From NCBI RefSeq assembly GCF_020745735.1, contig NW_026869095.1, positions 248,001 to 312,000 on the forward strand: a stretch of 64,000 bases of DNA, in the 5' to 3' direction. Of this stretch, positions 36,101 through 49,031 are shown in pieces. Position numbers and translations under genes: made by a program. The DNA is from Hemiscyllium ocellatum. Its lineage: Eukaryota. The notes below the pieces were generated by a model, which saw only the letters and a program-made list of their open reading frames with translations, was not told the DNA's origin and did no database searches. How positions within the stretch are numbered: position 1 is the stretch's first letter; each line of letters opens with the position of its first letter.

Positions 36101-39100
36101 CAGTCTCTCTCTATAAGTCCTCGGGGTATTTAATATAGTAATTCCCCAGCAGCAGTCTCTCTCTATAAGTGCTCAGAGTATTTAACTCACCAATTACCTA
36201 GCAGCGGTCTCTCACTATAACTGCTCAGGGTATTTAATACAGTAATTACCCAGCAGCAGTCTCCCTTCATAAGTGCTCAGGGTATTTAAGACAGGAATTA
36301 CCCAGCAGTGGTCTCTCTGTATTAGTGCTCAGGGTATTTAATACAATAATTACCCAGCAGCGGTCTCTCTCTATAAGTGCTCAGGGTATTTAATACAGTA
36401 ATTAACCAGCAGCTGTCTCTCTGTATAAGTGCTCAGGGTATTTAATTCAGTAATTACCTAGCAGCAGTTTCTCTCTATAAGTGCTCAGAGTATTTAATAC
36501 AGTAATTACCCAGCAGCTGTCCCCTTTTATAAGTGCTCAGGGTATTTAATACAGTAATTACCCAGCAGCGGACCCCCTTCATAAGTGCTCATGGTATCAA
36601 ATTCAGTTATTTCCCAGCAGCGTTCTCTCTCTATAAGTGCTCAGAGTATTTAACTCAGTAATTACCCACTAGCGGTCTCTCTCTATGAGTGCTCAGGGTA
36701 TTCAATACAGTATTTACTCAGCAGCAGTCTCTCTCTGTAAGTGCTCAGGGTATTTATCTCAGTAATTACCCAGCAGCGGTCTCTCTGTATAAGTGCTCAG
36801 GGTATTTAATTCATTTATTTCCCAGCAGCGTTCTCTCTCTACAAGTGCTCAGGGTATTTAACTCAGTAATTACCCAGCAGCGGTCTCCCTTTATAAGTGC
36901 TCAGGGCATTTAATTCAGTAATTACCCAGCAGCGGTCTCTTTCTATAAGAGCTCAGGGTATTTAACTCAGTAATTACCCAGCAGCAGTCTGTCTCTATAA
37001 GTCCTTGGGGTATTTACTACAGTAATTACCCAGCAGCGGTCCCCGTTTATAAGTGCTCAGGGTATTTACTACAGTAATTACCCAGCAGCGGTCCCCGTTT
37101 ATAAGTGCTCAGGGTATTTAATACAGTAATTACCCAGCAGTGGTCTCTCTGTGTAAGCGCTCAGGGTATTTAATTCAGTAATTACCCAGCAGCGGTCTGT
37201 CTTTATATATGGTCAGGGTATTTAATTCAGTAATTACCCAGCAGGGGTCCCCCTTCATAAGTGCTCAGGGTATTTAATACAGTAATTACCCAGCAGCGGT
37301 CTCTCTGTGTAAGTGCTCAGAGTATTTAACTCAGTAATTACCCAGCCGCGGGCTCTCTGTGTAAGTGCTCAGGGTATTTAATACAGCAATCACCCCGCAG
37401 CGGTATCTCTCTATAAGTGCTCAGGGTATTTAATTCAGTAATTACCCAGCAGTGATCCCCCTTCATAAGTGCTGAGGGTATTTCATACAGTAATTACCCA
37501 GCAGCGGTCTCTCTGTGTAAGTGCTCAGTGTATTTAATACAGTAATTACCCAACAGCGGTCTCTCTCTATTAGTGCTCAGGGTATTTAATTCAGTAACTA
37601 CCCAGCAGCGGTCCCCCTTCATAAGTGCGCAGGGTGTTTAATACAGTAATTACCCAGCAGCGGTCTCCCTTTATAAGTGCTCAGGGTATTTAACTCAGTA
37701 ATTACCCAGCAGCGGTCTCCCTTTATAATTGCTCAGGGTATTTAATACAGTAATTACCCAGCAGCAGTCTCTCTCTATAAGTGCTCAGGGTATGTAACTC
37801 AGTAATTACCCAGCAGCTGTCTGTCTCTATAAGTGCTCAGGGTATTTAATACAGTAATTACCCAGCAGCGGTCTGTCTCTATAAGTGTTCAGGGTATTTA
37901 AGTCAGTAATTATCCAGCAGTGGTCTCCCGTTATAAGTGCTCAGGGTATTTAATTCAGTAATTACCCAGCAGCGATCCCCCTTCATAAGTGCTGAGGGTA
38001 TTTCATACAGTAATTACCCAGCAGCGGTCTCTCTGTGTAAGTGCTCAGTGTATTTAATACAGTAATTACCCAACAGCGGTCTCTCTCTATTAGTGCTCAG
38101 GGTATTTAATTCAGTAACTACCCAGCAGCGGTCCCCCTTCATAAGTGCGCAGGGTGTTTAATACAGTAATTACCCAGCAGCGGTCTCCCTTTATAAGTGC
38201 TCAGGGTATTTAATTCAGTAATTACCCAGCAGCGGTCCCTCTTTATAAGTGCTCAGGGTATTTAATACAGTAATTACCCTGCAGCAGTCTCTCTCTATAA
38301 GTGCTCAGGGTATGTAACTCAGTAATTACCCAGCAGCGATCTCTCTCCATAAGTGCTCAGGGTATTTAATTCAGTTATTTCCCAGCAGCGTTCTCTCCCT
38401 ACAAGTGCTCAGGGTATTTAATTCAGTTATTTCCCAGCAGCGTTCTCTCCATACAAGTGCTCAGTGTATTTAATACAGTATTTACCCAGCAGCGGTCTCT
38501 CTCTATAAGTGCTCAGGGTATTTAATACAGTAATTAGCCAGCAGCAGTCTCCTACTATAAGAGCTCAGGGTATTTAATCCAGTAATTACCCAGCAGCGGT
38601 CTCTCTGTATAAGTGCTCTGGGTATTTAATACAGTAATTACCCAGCAGCGGTCTCTCTCTATAAGTGCTCAGGGTATTTAATACAGTAATCAGCCAGCAG
38701 CAGTCCCCCTTTATAAGTGCTGAGGATATTTAATACAGAAATTGCCCAGCAGCAGTCTCCCTTAATAAGTTCTCAGGGTATTTAATTCAGTAATTACCCA
38801 GCATTGGTCTCTCTCTATAAGTGCTCAGGGTATTTAACTCAGTAATTACCCAGCAGCGGTCTCCCTTTATAAGTGCTCAGGGCATTTTATTCAGTAATTA
38901 CCCAGCAGCAGTCTCCCTCTATAAGTGCTCAGGGTATTTAATACAGTAATTACCCGCAGCGGTCTCCCTCTATTAGTGCTCAGGATATTTAATCCAGTAA
39001 TTACCCAGCAGCAGTCTCCCTCTATAAGTGCTCAGGGTATTTAATACAGTAATTACCCAGCAGCAGTCTCTCTGTATAAGTGCTCTGGGTATTTAATTCA

Positions 39101-42100
39101 GTAATTACCCAGCAGCGGTCTCTCTCTATAAGTGCTCAGTGTATTTAATACAGTAATTACCCAGCAGCAGTCCCCCTTTATAAGTGCTGAGGATATTTAA
39201 TACAGAAATTGTCCAGCAGAGGTCTCCCTTGATAAGTTCTCAGGGTATTTAATACAGTAATTACCCAGCATTGGTCTCTCTCTATAAGTGCGCAGGGTAT
39301 TTAATTCAGTAATTACCCAGCATTGGTCTCTCTCTATAAGTGCTCAGGGTATTTAACTCAGTAATTACCCAGCAGCGGTCTCCCTTTATATGTGCTCAGG
39401 GTATTTTATTCAGTAATTACCCAGCAGTGGTCTCTCTCTATAAGTGCTCAGGGTATTTAATACAGGAATTACCCAGCAGCGGTCTCTCTCTATAAGTGCT
39501 CAGGGTATTTAATACAGTAATTACCCAGTAGCGGTCTCTCTCTATAAGTGCTCAGGGTATTTAATACAGGAATTACCCAGCAGCGGTCTCTCTCTATTAG
39601 TGCTCAGGGTATTTAATACAGTAATTACCCAGCAGCGGACCCCCTTCATAAGTGCTCAGGGTATTTAACTCAGTAATTACCCAGCAGCGATTTCTCTCCA
39701 TAAGTGCTCAGGGTATTTAATTCAGTTATTTCCCAGCAGCGTTCTCTCTCTACAAGTGCTCAGTGTATTTAATACAGTATTTACCCAGCAGCAGTCTCTC
39801 TCTATAAGTGCTCAAGGTATTTATCTCAGTAATTACCTAGCAGCGGTCTCTCTCTCTATAATTGCTCAGGGTATTTAGTACAGTAATTACCCAGCAGCAG
39901 TCTCCCTTTATAAGTGCTCAGGGTATTTAATACAGTAATTATCCAGCAGCCGTCTCTCTCTATAAGTGCTCAGAGTATTTAACTCAGTAATTACCTAGCA
40001 GCAGTCTCTCTCTATAAGTCCTCGGGGTATTTAATATAGTAATTCCCCAGCAGCAGTCTCTCTCTATAAGTGCTCAGAGTATTTAACTCACCAATTACCT
40101 AGCAGCGGTCTCTCACTATAACTGCTCAGGGTATTTAATACAGTAATTACCCAGCAGCAGTCTCCCTTCATAAATGCTCAGGGTATTTAAGACAGGAATT
40201 ACCCAGCAGTGGTCTCTCTGTATTAGTGCTCAGGGTATTTAATACAATAATTACCCAGCAGCGGTCTCTCTCTATAAGTGCTCAGGGTATTTAATACAGT
40301 AATTAACCAGCAGCTGTCTCTCTGTATAAGTGCTCAGGGTATTTAATTCAGTAATTACCTAGCAGCAGTTTCTCTCTATAAGTGCTCAGAGTATTTAATA
40401 CAGTAATTACCCAGCAGCTGTCCCCTTTTATAAGTGCTCAGGGTATTTAATACAGTAATTACCCAGCAGCGGACCCCCTTCATAAGTGCTCATGGTATCA
40501 AATTTAGTTATTTCCCAGCAGCGTTCTCTCTCTATAAGTGCTCAGAGTATTTAACTCAGTAATTACCCACTAGCGGTCTCTCTCTATGAGTGCTCAGGGT
40601 ATTCAATACAGTATTTACCCAGCAGCAGTCTCTCTCTATAAGTGCTCAGGGTATTTATCTCAGTAATTACCCAGCAGCGGTCTCTCTCTATAAGTGCTCA
40701 GGGTATTTAATACAGTAATTACCCAGCAGCGGTCTTTCTCTCTCTATAAGTGCTCAGGGTATTTAACTCAGTAATTACCCAGCAGCGGTCTCTCTCTATC
40801 AATGCAAAAGTTATTTAACTCAGTAATTGCCCAGCAACAGACTCCCTTTATAAGGACTCAGTGTATTCAATACAGCAAATACCCAGCAGCGGTCCCCCTT
40901 TATAAGTGCTCAGGGTATTTAATACGGTAATTACCCTGCAGCAGTACCCCTTTATAAGTGCTGAGGATATTTAATACAGTAATTACCCAGCAGCGGTCCC
41001 CCTTCATAAGTGCTCAGGGTATTTAATTCAGTTATTTCCCAGCAGCGTTCTCTCTCTATAAGTGCTCAGAGTATTTAACTCAGTAATTACCCACTAGCGG
41101 TCTCTCTCTATGAGTGCTCAGGGTATTCAATACAGTATTTACCCAGCAGCAGTCTCTCTCTATAAGTGCTCAGGGTATTTATCTCAGTAATTACCCAGCA
41201 GCGGTCTCTCTCTATAAGTGCTCAGGGTATTTAATACAGTAATTACCCAGCAGCGGTCTTTCTCTCTCTATAAGTGCTCAGGGTATTTAACTCAGTAATT
41301 ACCCAGCAGCGGTCTCTCTCTATCAATGCAAAAGTTATTTAACTCAGTAATTGCCCAGCAACAGACTCCCTTTATAAGGACTCAGTGTATTCAATACAGC
41401 AAATACCCAGCAGCGGTCCCCCTTTATAAGTGCTCAGGGTATTTAATACGGTAATTACCCTGCAGCAGTACCCCTTTATAAGTGCTGAGGATATTTAATA
41501 CAGTAATTACCCAGCAGCGGTCCCCCTTCATAAGTGCTCAGGGTATTTAATTCAGTAATTACCCAGCAGCGGTCTCTCTGTATAAGTGCTCAGGGTATTT
41601 GATACAGTAATTACCCAGCAGTGGTCTCTCTCTATAAGTGCTAAGGGTATTTAATTCAGTAATTACCCAACAGCGATCTCTCTCAATAAGTGATCAGGGT
41701 ATTTAATACAGTAATTACCCAACAGCGGTCTCTCTCAATAAGTGCTCAGGGTATTTAATTCAGTAATTACCCAACAGCGGTCTCTCTCAATAAGTGATCA
41801 GGGTATTTAATACAGTAATTACCCAACAGCGGTCTCTCTCAATAAGTGCTCAGGGTATTTAATACAGTAATTACCCAGCAGCGGTCTTTCTCTCTCTATA
41901 AGTGCTCAGGGTGTTTAACTCAGTAATTACCCAGCAACAGACTCCCTTTATAAGGACTCAGTGTATTCAATACAGCAAATACCCAGCAGCGGTCCCCCTT
42001 TATAAGTGCTCAGGGTATTTAATACGGTAATTACCCAGCAGCAGTACCCCTTTATAAGTGCTGAGGATATTTAATACAGTAATTACCCAGCAGCGGTCTC

Positions 42101-42550
42101 TCTCTATAAGTGCTCAGGGCATTTAATTCAGTAATTACCCAGCAGTGGTCTCTCTCTTTTAGTGCTCAGGGTATTTAATACAGTAATTACCCAGCAGCGG
42201 TCTCTCTCTATAAGTGCTCAGGGTATTTAATACAGTAATTACCCAGCAGCAGTCTCTCTCTATAAGTGCTCAGGGTATTTAATTCAGTAATTACTCAGCA
42301 GTGGTCTCCCTTTATAAGAGCTCAGGGTATTTAATTCAGTAATTACCCTACAGCGGTCTCCCTTTATAAGTGTTCAGGGTATTTAATACAGTAATTACCC
42401 AGCAGCGGTCTCTCTGTATAAGTGCTCAGAGTATGTAATACAGTAATTACCCAGCAGTGGTCTCTCTCTATAAGTGCTCAGGGTATTTAATTCAGTAATT
42501 ACCCAGCAGCGGTATCTCTCTATAAGTGCTCAGGGTATTTAATTTAGTAA
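33164..42550 (+). repeat. 52-bp satellite array, about 9.4 kb, with higher-order block duplications
   Basis: Markers recur at offsets of about 3901, 3331 and 524 bp. Confidence 0.97.
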
Positions 42551-43632
42551 CACCAACAATAACTCCCTCCTTTAAGAAGTGTATTTTCTTTCTATGATGC
42601 GAGGTTTTAAGGCAGTGTTGAAGAGCAGGTACCAGAACCACGTTTGAGATTTTTAAAGAATGGGTTGTAACAACAGATGCAGCCTGGCTGGGTGTGGTGA
42701 AATTCCCATTGGATCAAGGATTTTTAGATTTGGCTTTTGAGGTCTTGAAGAGGTAGAAGACATTGTTTTCCCCTCTCTCTCGCTCTCTTTCTCTCAAATG
42801 CAGCTGAAACCTATTTTCCACATTAACCTGTTAATGGGATCTTACTACATCGGAAACAGTACAGCTCCGATGGGCCAAAGAGCCTTCTCTGTGCTTTAGA
42901 TCTCCACCTTTCTACTGCATTGAGGAAGACAGACTACTGCTGGCTGTTGTTGAATTGACTATCCAGAGCACTTATAAGGAAGGACTGCTGCTTGGGGGTT
43001 AATTGTTAAATTGAATATCTCGAGTACTTAGAACAGTTCCCTAGCAGCAGCCTCTCTTTATGTGAACTATTTAAAGCATTTACAAAGAGAGATTGTTGCT
43101 GTGGGATTGTCGCATTGTTAAGTCACAGCGATGACCCATTCTGTTAATAAACCAAGCAGCCAGAAAAGCCGACCTTGCCTTGTAATTGTAAAAGTTGTGA
43201 GTGATAGAGAACTCCCCAAATTCTACTATTTGAAGAAAATATCAATTTAATTCCTTAACTCGAAAAGTGAACATTAAGCAACAACTATTCAGACCTCTAA
43301 GCCGCCCCCCCGCCTTTCTCTGAACTGCTCTATAACAATATGCTGTTCCAGTAAAAGACTTATTAAAATTACATCGACTTAATTTCAAAACCACTCAGCT
43401 GCTGTTGTCTTTGCTGTTTATCTTCTCCTGCCTGAAGATCCTCTTCCTACTTTTTACTGCAAATATATGAAAAGATGCCTTTGAGAGAGAGGGTTTCCTA
43501 ATTTCCTGGGTCTCTCTATCTCTCTCTCTCTCTCTCGGAGGCCATGACTTGGAGACGCCGGTGTTGGACTGGGGTGTACAAAGTTAAAAATCACACAACA
43601 CCAGGTTATAGTCCAACAGGTTTAATTGGAAG

Positions 43633-43667
43633 CACTAGCTTTCGGAGCGCTGCCCCTTCATCAGGTG
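43633..43667 (-). ncRNA. Minimal hammerhead motif (duplicate of 2371-2405) in a Penelope-like end
   Basis: Identical to copy 1. Confidence 0.75.
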
Positions 43668-46240
43668 GTTGAGGAATACACGATTGTAAGACACAGAATT
43701 TATAGCAAAAATGTACAGTGTGATGGAGCTGAAATTATACATTGAAAAATATCTTGGTTGTTTGTTAAGTCTGTCATCTGTTAGAATGACCATGTTAGTT
43801 TCACTTCTTTCATGTGTAATTCACAAAACTTTTTTTAAAAGTTACATTCTCAGGTTCACTTTAACAATTGGTGATAGTCCAGATAATGTGTTGAAGGTGT
43901 TAGCTCCACTGTGTGCTGTTGTCTGTGCTGTAATGTCTAGACTGATTCTAATCTAAAAAGTGAGTTAACAGAGACTTACATGGATTCGTGCAGGTTTTGA
44001 GCAAAGTATAATGTAACTCAGCAAGGACAAATTCACCCCACACCAACGTATATGTGTATGTGTGAATGTGTGAGTGTGAATGTCTGGGTGTGTGTGTGGG
44101 TGAGTGTGAGTATGGGTGTGTGGGTGTGTTTGTGTGAGTGTGAGTGTTTGTGTGTGGATGTGTGTGTGGGTGCATGTATGAGTGTGTGGGTGTGTGAGAG
44201 TGTGGGTGTGAGCGTGTGTGCCTAAGGTGCAGGGTTGTGAGTGTCTGTGAGGGAGAGTGTATATGTGTGTGTGTGTGTGAGAGAGAGAGAGTGTAAAGGG
44301 GTCTAAGTCTGTGGGAGGGTGCATGTGTGAGTGTGTGTGTCTGTAGGAGTGTGTATGTGTGTTTGTGTGTGTGTGTGGCTGTGAGTGTGTTTGTGTGAGT
44401 GTATGGGTGTGTATGTGTGTCCGTGTGTGTGTGAGTGTCTGAGTGGGTGTGAGTGTGTGGGTGTGTGTGGTTGTGTGTGTGTCTGTGTAGATGTGTGTGT
44501 GTCTGTGAGTGTCTGTGTGGTTGTGTGTGTGTCTGTGTAGATGTGTGTGTGTGTCTGTCTGTGTAGATGTGTGTGTGTGTCTGTGTGTCTGTGTAGATGT
44601 GTGTGTGTGTCTGTGTAGATGTGTGTGTGTGTGTCTGTGTAGATGTGTGAGTGTGTGTGTGGATGTGTGTGTGTGTGTCTGTGTAGATGTGTGAGTGTGT
44701 GTGAGTGTCTGTGTGGTTATGTGTGTGTCTGTGTAGATGTGTGTGGATGTGTGTGTGTGTGTGAGTGTCTGTGTGGTTGTGTGTGTGTCTGTGTAGATGT
44801 GTGTGTGTGTCTGTGTANNNNNNNNNNNNNNNNNNNNNNNNNNNNNNNNNNNNNNNNNNNNNNNNNNNNNNNNNNNNNNNNNNNNNNNNNNNNNNNNNNN
44901 NNNNNNNNNNNNNNNNNNNNNNNNNNNNNNNNNNNNNNNNNNNNNNNNNNNNNNNNNNNNNNNNNNNNNNNNNNNNNNNNNNNNNNNTGTCTGTGTAGAT
45001 GTGTGAGTGTCTGTGTGGTTGTGTGTGNNNNNNNNNNNNNNNNNNNNNNNNNNNNNNNNNNNNNNNNNNNNNNNNNNNNNNNNNNNNNNNNNNNNNNNNN
45101 NNNNNNNNNNNNNNNNNNNNNNNNNNNNNNNNNNNNNNNNNNNNNNNNNNNNNNNNNNNNNNNNNNNNNNNNNNNNNNNNNNNNNNNNNNNNNNNNNNNN
45201 NNNNNNNNNNNNNNNNNNNNNNNNNNNNNNNNNNNNNNNNNNNNNNNNNNNNNNNNNNNNNNNNNNNNNNNNNNNNNNNNNNNNNNNNNNNNNNNNGTGT
45301 GTGGATGTCTGGGGCGGGGTTTCTCTCCATAGCAATTGCTCTGTCGCCAATTTTCAAAATGTCTTACTTTTTTATATCCCCAACATTGGATCGTGTCATT
45401 TGTTCAAGGTTGGCAAAACAATAAATTCAAACTCATTGGGTTTTAGTATCCTGGGGCATAATTTAAACTGGTTGGTTAAATTCAAATTGTTGTCAAAACA
45501 GCAACCAGAACTCAGGTCTCCATTTCATAGCCAAGTGCCCATTTAAAGTTGGTGAGTATACTACTGTTGCAGACGGTGCGTTCCACGCCCCCTCCTACTC
45601 TCTGAGTAAAGAAACTCCCTCTGCCATCTGTCCGATATCTATCACCCCCTCAGTTTATAGCTGTGTTCCCTCATGCAAGCCATCACCATCCGAGGGAAAA
45701 GGCTGTCACTGTCCACCCTATCTAACCCTCGGATTATCTTCCATGTCTCTAGGGGTAGGGCATATAGGGCGTAGGTTTAGGGTGAGAGGAGAAAGATATA
45801 AAAGAGACCTAAGGGGCAACTTTTTCACGCAGATGGTGGTACGTGTATAGAATGAGCTGCCAGAGGAAGTGGTGGAGGTTGGTACAATTGTAACATTTAA
45901 GAGGCATTTGGAGGGGTATATGAATAGGAAGGGTTTGGAGGGAGATGGGCCGGGTTCTGGCAGGTGGGACGAGATTGGGTTGGGATATCTGGGTCGGTAT
46001 GAACGGGTTGGACCGAAGGGTCTGTTTCTGTGCTGTACATCTCTATGACTCTATGATTTACAAAGAGAGGTTGTTGCTGGGGGATGGTTAAATTGACCAT
46101 CTCGAGTACCTATAAAGAGGGAGGTGGGGGTGAGGGTGTTAAGTTGGCCATCTGGAGACTTCCGAGCATCCAGAGGAGAGGTCCTGGTGGGAGCGGCCGA
46201 GTCAAATTGTCACACAAGACGGGTCCACCGATCCAGAGAG

Positions 46241-47323
46241 CTACAGGCCTGAGGTCTTTGTCTTCTCGTTGACCGTCGGTAGTGTGGGCTTGGGCTGAGT
46301 GGAGTCCAGGGAGCTTTCCTCCTCGAAGGCGCCCTCCAGCAGCCCCCTCAGGCCTCTGCGGAGCTGCCCACGGCCCTGGCGCCCGGCGAAGGCGTACAGG
46401 AAGGGGTTGAGGCAGCTGTTGAGGTAGGCCAGGCTGGTGGTGGCGGGGTCGACCGTCCGGGCCCAGTGCTGGAGCCGCCAGTCGCCGGACAGGAGGAGTA
46501 CGCTCACCACATGGTAGGGGGTCCAGCACAGGAAGAAACCCAGCAGCACCACCAGCAGGAGGCGGCAGGGCCTCCGGCTCTGAGGCTGGGAGAAGCGGGA
46601 GGCCCAGAGGCTGTGGGCGATGAGGCCGTTGCTGGCGGCGATGACCACCAGGGGGAGCAGGAAGGCGAAGACGAAGCGGGTCAGGCTGACGGCGCGCTGC
46701 CTAGGCCCCAGCTCCTCCCCGTAGTCGGCGACGCACCGGACGGGGAACCCGGCAGCGAACTGCACCGTCCTCCGGTACAGGAGGCTGGGGAGGGACATCA
46801 GCAGGGCCAGGCCCCAGGCTGAGGCGCAGGAGAGCCGGGCCCGGCCCAGAGAGCGCTGCCTGCGGAACCAGAGAGGCAGCAGCGCCGCCAGGCAGCGGTC
46901 CACCGAGATGCCGGTCAGTACGAAGACGCTGGCGTACATGCTGAGCACGGTGAGCCAGGGCAGCAGCTTGCAGAGGAAGGGGCCGAAGGGCCACTGGTAG
47001 TCCACGGCCAACTGGGTGAGCAGGAAGGGCAGGGTGAGGCACAGCAGGAGGTCGGCCACCGCGAGGTTGAGGAACCAGACGGTGACTGGGCGCCTGGCCA
47101 TCAGGAAACCCACGATCCACAACACGGCGATGTTGCCGGGGACGCCCAGGGCAAAGATGGCAGCGTAGGCCACCATGGACACGACGGTGAGGGACTTCCT
47201 GATGGGCTCGGTGTGGTTCAACAGCGCCTCCTCCTGGTGGTCACGGTAGTCCTCTTCCTCCTCCTTCCCCCAGTCCTCGTCCCAAAGGCTCCAGTTGCCC
47301 AGCAGAGTGCCATTGACGTCCAT
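46241..47323 (-). CDS. Anaphylatoxin chemotactic receptor-like GPCR (C5aR1/C3aR family), copy 2, 360 aa
   Basis: As copy 1 except YHVVSVLL instead of YHVVGLLL. Confidence 0.92.
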   Translation of the reverse strand: MDVNGTLLGNWSLWDEDWGKEEEEDYRDHQEEALLNHTEPIRKSLTVVSMVAYAAIFALGVPGNIAVLWIVGFLMARRPVTVWFLNLAVADLLLCLTLPFLLTQLAVDYQWPFGPFLCKLLPWLTVLSMYASVFVLTGISVDRCLAALLPLWFRRQRSLGRARLSCASAWGLALLMSLPSLLYRRTVQFAAGFPVRCVADYGEELGPRQRAVSLTRFVFAFLLPLVVIAASNGLIAHSLWASRFSQPQSRRPCRLLLVVLLGFFLCWTPYHVVSVLLLSGDWRLQHWARTVDPATTSLAYLNSCLNPFLYAFAGRQGRGQLRRGLRGLLEGAFEEESSLDSTQPKPTLPTVNEKTKTSGL

Positions 47324-47373
47324 CACCTGAAAGGAGACAAACTGGGCAGGGTTCAACCAATCAGCTGGCACCC

Positions 47374-48595
47374 CGCAGCGCTGACCCTCCCACAGCACCC
47401 ACTCCCTCAGCGCTGACCCTCCCACAGCGCCCACTCCCTCAGCACTGACCCTCCCACAGCACCCACTCCCTCAGCACTGACCCTCTCACAGCGCCCACTC
47501 CCTCAGCGCTGACCCTCCCACAGCACCCACTCCCTCAGCACTGACCCTCTCACAGCGCCCGCTCCCTCAGCACTGACCCTCCCACACCACCCGCTCCCTC
47601 AGCACTGACCCTCCCACAGCACCCACTCCCTCAGCACTGACCCTCCCACAGCACCCACTCCCTCAGCACTGACCCTCCCACAGCGCCCGCTCCCTCAGCA
47701 CTGACCCTCCCTCAGCACTGACCCTCCCACAGCACCCACTCCCTCAGCACTGACCCTCCCACAGCACCCGCTCCCTCAGCGCTGACCCTCCCACAGCGCC
47801 CACTCCCTCAGCACTGACCCTCCCTCAGCGCCCACTCCCTCAGCACTGACCCTCCCACAGCGCTCACTCCCTCAGCACTGACCCTCCCACAGCACCCACT
47901 CCCTCAGCACTGACCCTCCCACAGCACCCACTCCCTCAGCACTGACCCTCCCACAGCACCCACTCCCTCAGCACTGACCCTCCCACAGCACCCACTCCCT
48001 CAGCACTGACACTCCCACAGCGCCCACTCCCTCAGCACTGACCCTCCCACAGCACTGACCCTCCCACAGCACCCGCCCCCTCAGCACTGACCCTCCCACA
48101 GCACCCACTCCCTCAGCACTGACCCTCCCACAGTGCCCACTCCCTCAGCACTGACCCTCCCACAGCAATGACCCTCCCACAGTGCCCACTCCCTCAGCAC
48201 TGACCCTCCCACAGCACTGACCCTCCCACAGCACCCGCTCCGTCGGCACTGACCCTCCCATAGTGCCCACTCCCTCAGCACTGACCCTCCCACAGCACCA
48301 GCTCCCTCAGCACTGACCCTCCCACAGTGCACACTCCCTCAGCACTGACCCTCCCACAGCACCCACTCCCTCAGCACTGACCCTCCCGCAGCACCCGCAC
48401 CCTCAGCACTGACCCTTCCACAGCACCCACTCCCTCAGCGCTGACCCTCACTCAGCACCGGCTCCCTCAGCACTGACCCTCCCACAGTGCACACTCCCTC
48501 AGCGCTGACCCTCCCACAGCGCTGACCCTCCCACAGCACCCACTCCCTCAGCACTGACCCTCCCACAGCACTGACCCTCCCACAGCGCCCGCCCC
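47374..48595. repeat. 32-bp minisatellite in the presumed intron of GPCR copy 2
   Basis: Tandem units; unit order near the right end differs from copy 1. Confidence 0.95.
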
Positions 48596-48912
48596 CTCCA
48601 CTATCTCTCTGTCCTACCTGACCCACGGGACGGAAGAAAGGGTGTCACTCTCAGCCAGGCCTGTGTGGGAATTTGGTTTGTCTTTGGGATCTTGCTGTTC
48701 CTCCCTCTCCCTCCGTTCGCAATGCTCCCCGTCGTCCAGAGTGATGACCTTAAACACTCTCTTCCCCTTCCCCACACCCCTCCCTTTCCTGTGCAAGGCC
48801 TCGACTCCCTTTGGTCACTCTCACACCTCGCGCGCCCCCAATCCCCCACCCCCACTGCTCCCCTCGTTGTGAGGCCACTGGGGTGGGCCTGTGAGTCCTG
48901 GGGCAGGGGCGC

Positions 48913-49031
48913 ACTCACTGGAACGTCAATCCGCGTCCTCCCCAGGACTCAGGCATCAGGAGGAAATGAATCACAGAGCCCTTGGGAGGCTGTGTCATGA
49001 CTGACAATTGCAACAGTTTCCTGAACTAAAA
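48913..49031 (-). promoter_or_regulatory. Candidate exon 1, donor and promoter of GPCR copy 2
   Basis: GTGAGT donor at 48918; same motifs as copy 1. Confidence 0.45.

Noticed and set aside
33358-36913. Short ORFs in the satellite (MLRVFN...)
   Set aside because: Chance stop-free frames of the 52-bp unit
8108-42550. CRISPR-like appearance of the 52-bp dyad repeat
   Set aside because: No unique spacers, only point variants of one monomer; eukaryotic context and no cas genes
46241-47323. Calling the pair C5AR1 and C5AR2, or C3AR1
   Set aside because: The copies differ at only 2 of 360 residues, both have DRC (not C5aR2 DLC) and lack the large C3aR ECL2; symbol left blank without a phylogeny
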